DNA of 64,000 nt from Isurus oxyrinchus (Eukaryota): assembly GCA_026770705.1 (NCBI GenBank), contig JANJGN010000033.1:9362001-9426000 (forward strand). Reading direction: 5' to 3'. The position numbers and the translations under genes were made by a program. This document shows, piece by piece, positions 62,053 to 64,000 of the stretch. The notes under the pieces are model-generated. The model searched no databases. It was not told where the DNA came from and saw only the letters and a list, made by a program, of their open reading frames with translations. How positions within the stretch are numbered: the first letter of the stretch is position 1; the number at the start of each line of letters is the position of its first letter.

Positions 62053-62560
62053 GTTGTTGCCAGGGGAGGGCAGGGAGGGGTGGGGCACTGGTCAGATTGT
62101 TGCCGGGGGAGGGCGGGGAGGGGTGGGACACTGGTCAGGTTGTTACCAGGGGAGGGCGGGGAGGGGTGGGGCACTGGTCAGGTTGTTACCAGGGGAGGGC
62201 GGGGAGGGGTGGGGCACTGGTCAGGTTGTTGCCGGGGGAGGGCGGGGAGGGCTGGGGCACTGGTCAGGTTGTTGCCGGAGGAGGGCGGGGAGGGGTGGGG
62301 CTCTGGTCAGGTTGTTGCCGGGGGAGGGCGGGGAGGGGTGGGACACTGGTCAGGTTGTTGCCGGGGGAGGGCGGTGAGGGGTGCGACACTGGTCAGGTTA
62401 TTGCCGAGGAGGGGTGGGGCACTGGTCAGGTTGTTGCCGGGGGAGGGCGGGAAGGGGTGGGGCACTGTTCAGGTTGTTGCCGGGGGGGAGGGCGGGAAGG
62501 GGTGGGACACTGGTCAGGTTGTTGCCGGGTGAGGGCGGGGAGGGGTGTGGCACTGGTCAG
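62053..62560. repeat. 43-bp G-rich minisatellite, about 12 units
   Basis: Unit ggcactggtcaggttgttgccgggggagggcggggaggggtgg; period 43 (62086 to 62129). Confidence 0.92.
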
Positions 62561-63254
62561 AGGAGAGAGGGGGGGAGGGGCGTTGGTCCCTTCAGAGTCC
62601 ATTCGGGGGCTGGGGCGAGCTACTGTACCCTTTCCCCCAAGTCTGTCACGCTGAGGTCAACCTCGAGATGAGGTGGTGATGAACGGGGGGGGGGGAGTGG
62701 GGGGTGAGAATTAGAAATGGTGGGTGCCGTTCCCTCTCCCTGGAATGGGCTTCCAGGAGTGAAATCCAGGAAAATTAGGATCCCAAGGGTCCCAGATTAA
62801 CTTACCTCTGTTCAGGGAAGAGCACTCAAAGTAAAGGAACAGCAAAAAATTAATACATGTCACGGAAACAGGCAAGATACATCGATGGCGAAACAGAAGT
62901 CACATGCAGAACAGTTAACTTTGTTGAACTTGCTGGAACGTTCCAATATCTATTCTTAAAGGAGCAGGCACACCAGATCTTTTGTTTCAAAGCTCTGGCT
63001 TTGGATTATATGTACAAGACCTGAAAATAAAAATAAAAAAAAGGAATCACTGAACAACAACAATAACAACAATGTGCATTTATATAGCCTTTAACGTCGT
63101 AAAATGCACCAAGTGCTTCACAAGAGGGGAGTCAGAATTTGCCCCCCCCTAGCCACTTCGGGCGATATTAGGACAGGTGACCAGAAGCTCGGTCAAAGAA
63201 TTTGGTTCTTAAAGGAGGAGAGAGAGGCGGAGAGGGACATTTCCTTAGTTATTT

Positions 63255-63800
63255 CCTGGGGTGTGGGCGTCGCTGGCTGGGCCAGTGTTTATTGCCCATC
63301 CCTAATTGCCCCCTTGAGAAGGTGGTGGTGAGCTGCCTTCTTGAACCGCTGCAGTCCATGTGGTGTAGGTACACCCACAGTGCTGTTAGGGAGGGAGTTC
63401 CAGGATTTTGACGCAGCGACAGTGAAGAAACGGCCGATATATTTCCAAGTCAGGATTGTGAGTGACTTGGAGGGGAACTTCCAGGTGGGGGTGTTCCCCA
63501 TGTGTCTGCTGCCCTTGTCCTTCTAGATGGTCGTGGCTTTGGAAGGTGCTGTCTAAGGAGGGTTGGTGAGTTGCTGCAGTGCATCTTGTAGATGGTACAC
63601 ACACTGCTGTTACTGTGCGTCGGTGGTGGAGGGAGTGAATGTTTGTGGCTGGGGAGCCAATCAAGCGGGGCTGCTTTGTCCTGGATGGTGTCAAGCTTCT
63701 TGAGTGTTGTGGGAGCTGCACTCATCCAGGCAAGTGGGGAGTATTCCATCACACTCCTGACTTGTGCCTTGTGGAGGGTGGACAGGCTTTGGGGCCTCAT
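63255..63800 (-). mobile_element. LINE 3' end of the same family
   Basis: KAQVRSVMEYSPLAWMSAAPTTLKKLDTIQDKAA plus tail. Confidence 0.88.
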
Positions 63801-64000
63801 AATTCCCAGCCCCTGACCTGCAGGGCAGGGTGGAAGGTGGAGCTGGGGGAGGGTGTGGCACAGGGGGCGGATAGCTTGGTGGGAGGGGGTGCGTGGGGAA
63901 CCCCCTGCCGGCTGGATGCCTGGAGAGGAGGACCCACGCCCCCACCCAGACCCCCAAGTCTGCCAGCCGCTGCTTCGGCCCAGCCTCGCTGGCCAGTGTA

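Overview
Vertebrate genomic DNA, most likely a shark or other cartilaginous fish (inferred from repeat content). It is dominated by segmental duplications, minisatellites and decayed transposons. None of the long ORFs in the track is a real gene. The main content is a small cluster of spliced, single-Ig-V-domain immune receptor genes whose V domains resemble mammalian PILR (paired Ig-like type 2 receptor). Gene A (minus strand; leader 25491-25449, V 21258-20893, stalk/TM 17843-17662; 196 aa) and gene B (minus strand; leader 42264-42222, V 34859-34491, stalk/TM 33736-33537; 203 aa) splice into intact reading frames. Both have an arginine in the transmembrane helix and an 8-residue tail, the layout of activating receptors. 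Gene C (plus strand, 54187-56650) is a pseudogene. There is also an orphan, frameshifted TM exon (8192-7994) and three leader exons with dead splice donors. Each V exon is bracketed by a 64-bp minisatellite (5') and a 33-bp minisatellite (3'). A hybrid 33-bp array at 8288-10990 records recombination between non-allelic arrays. On the sense strand, each 33-bp unit is a complete 3' splice-site mimic followed by an in-phase Ser/Thr/Pro-rich frame. The rest is Harbinger, LINE, SINE and Gypsy/LTR debris.
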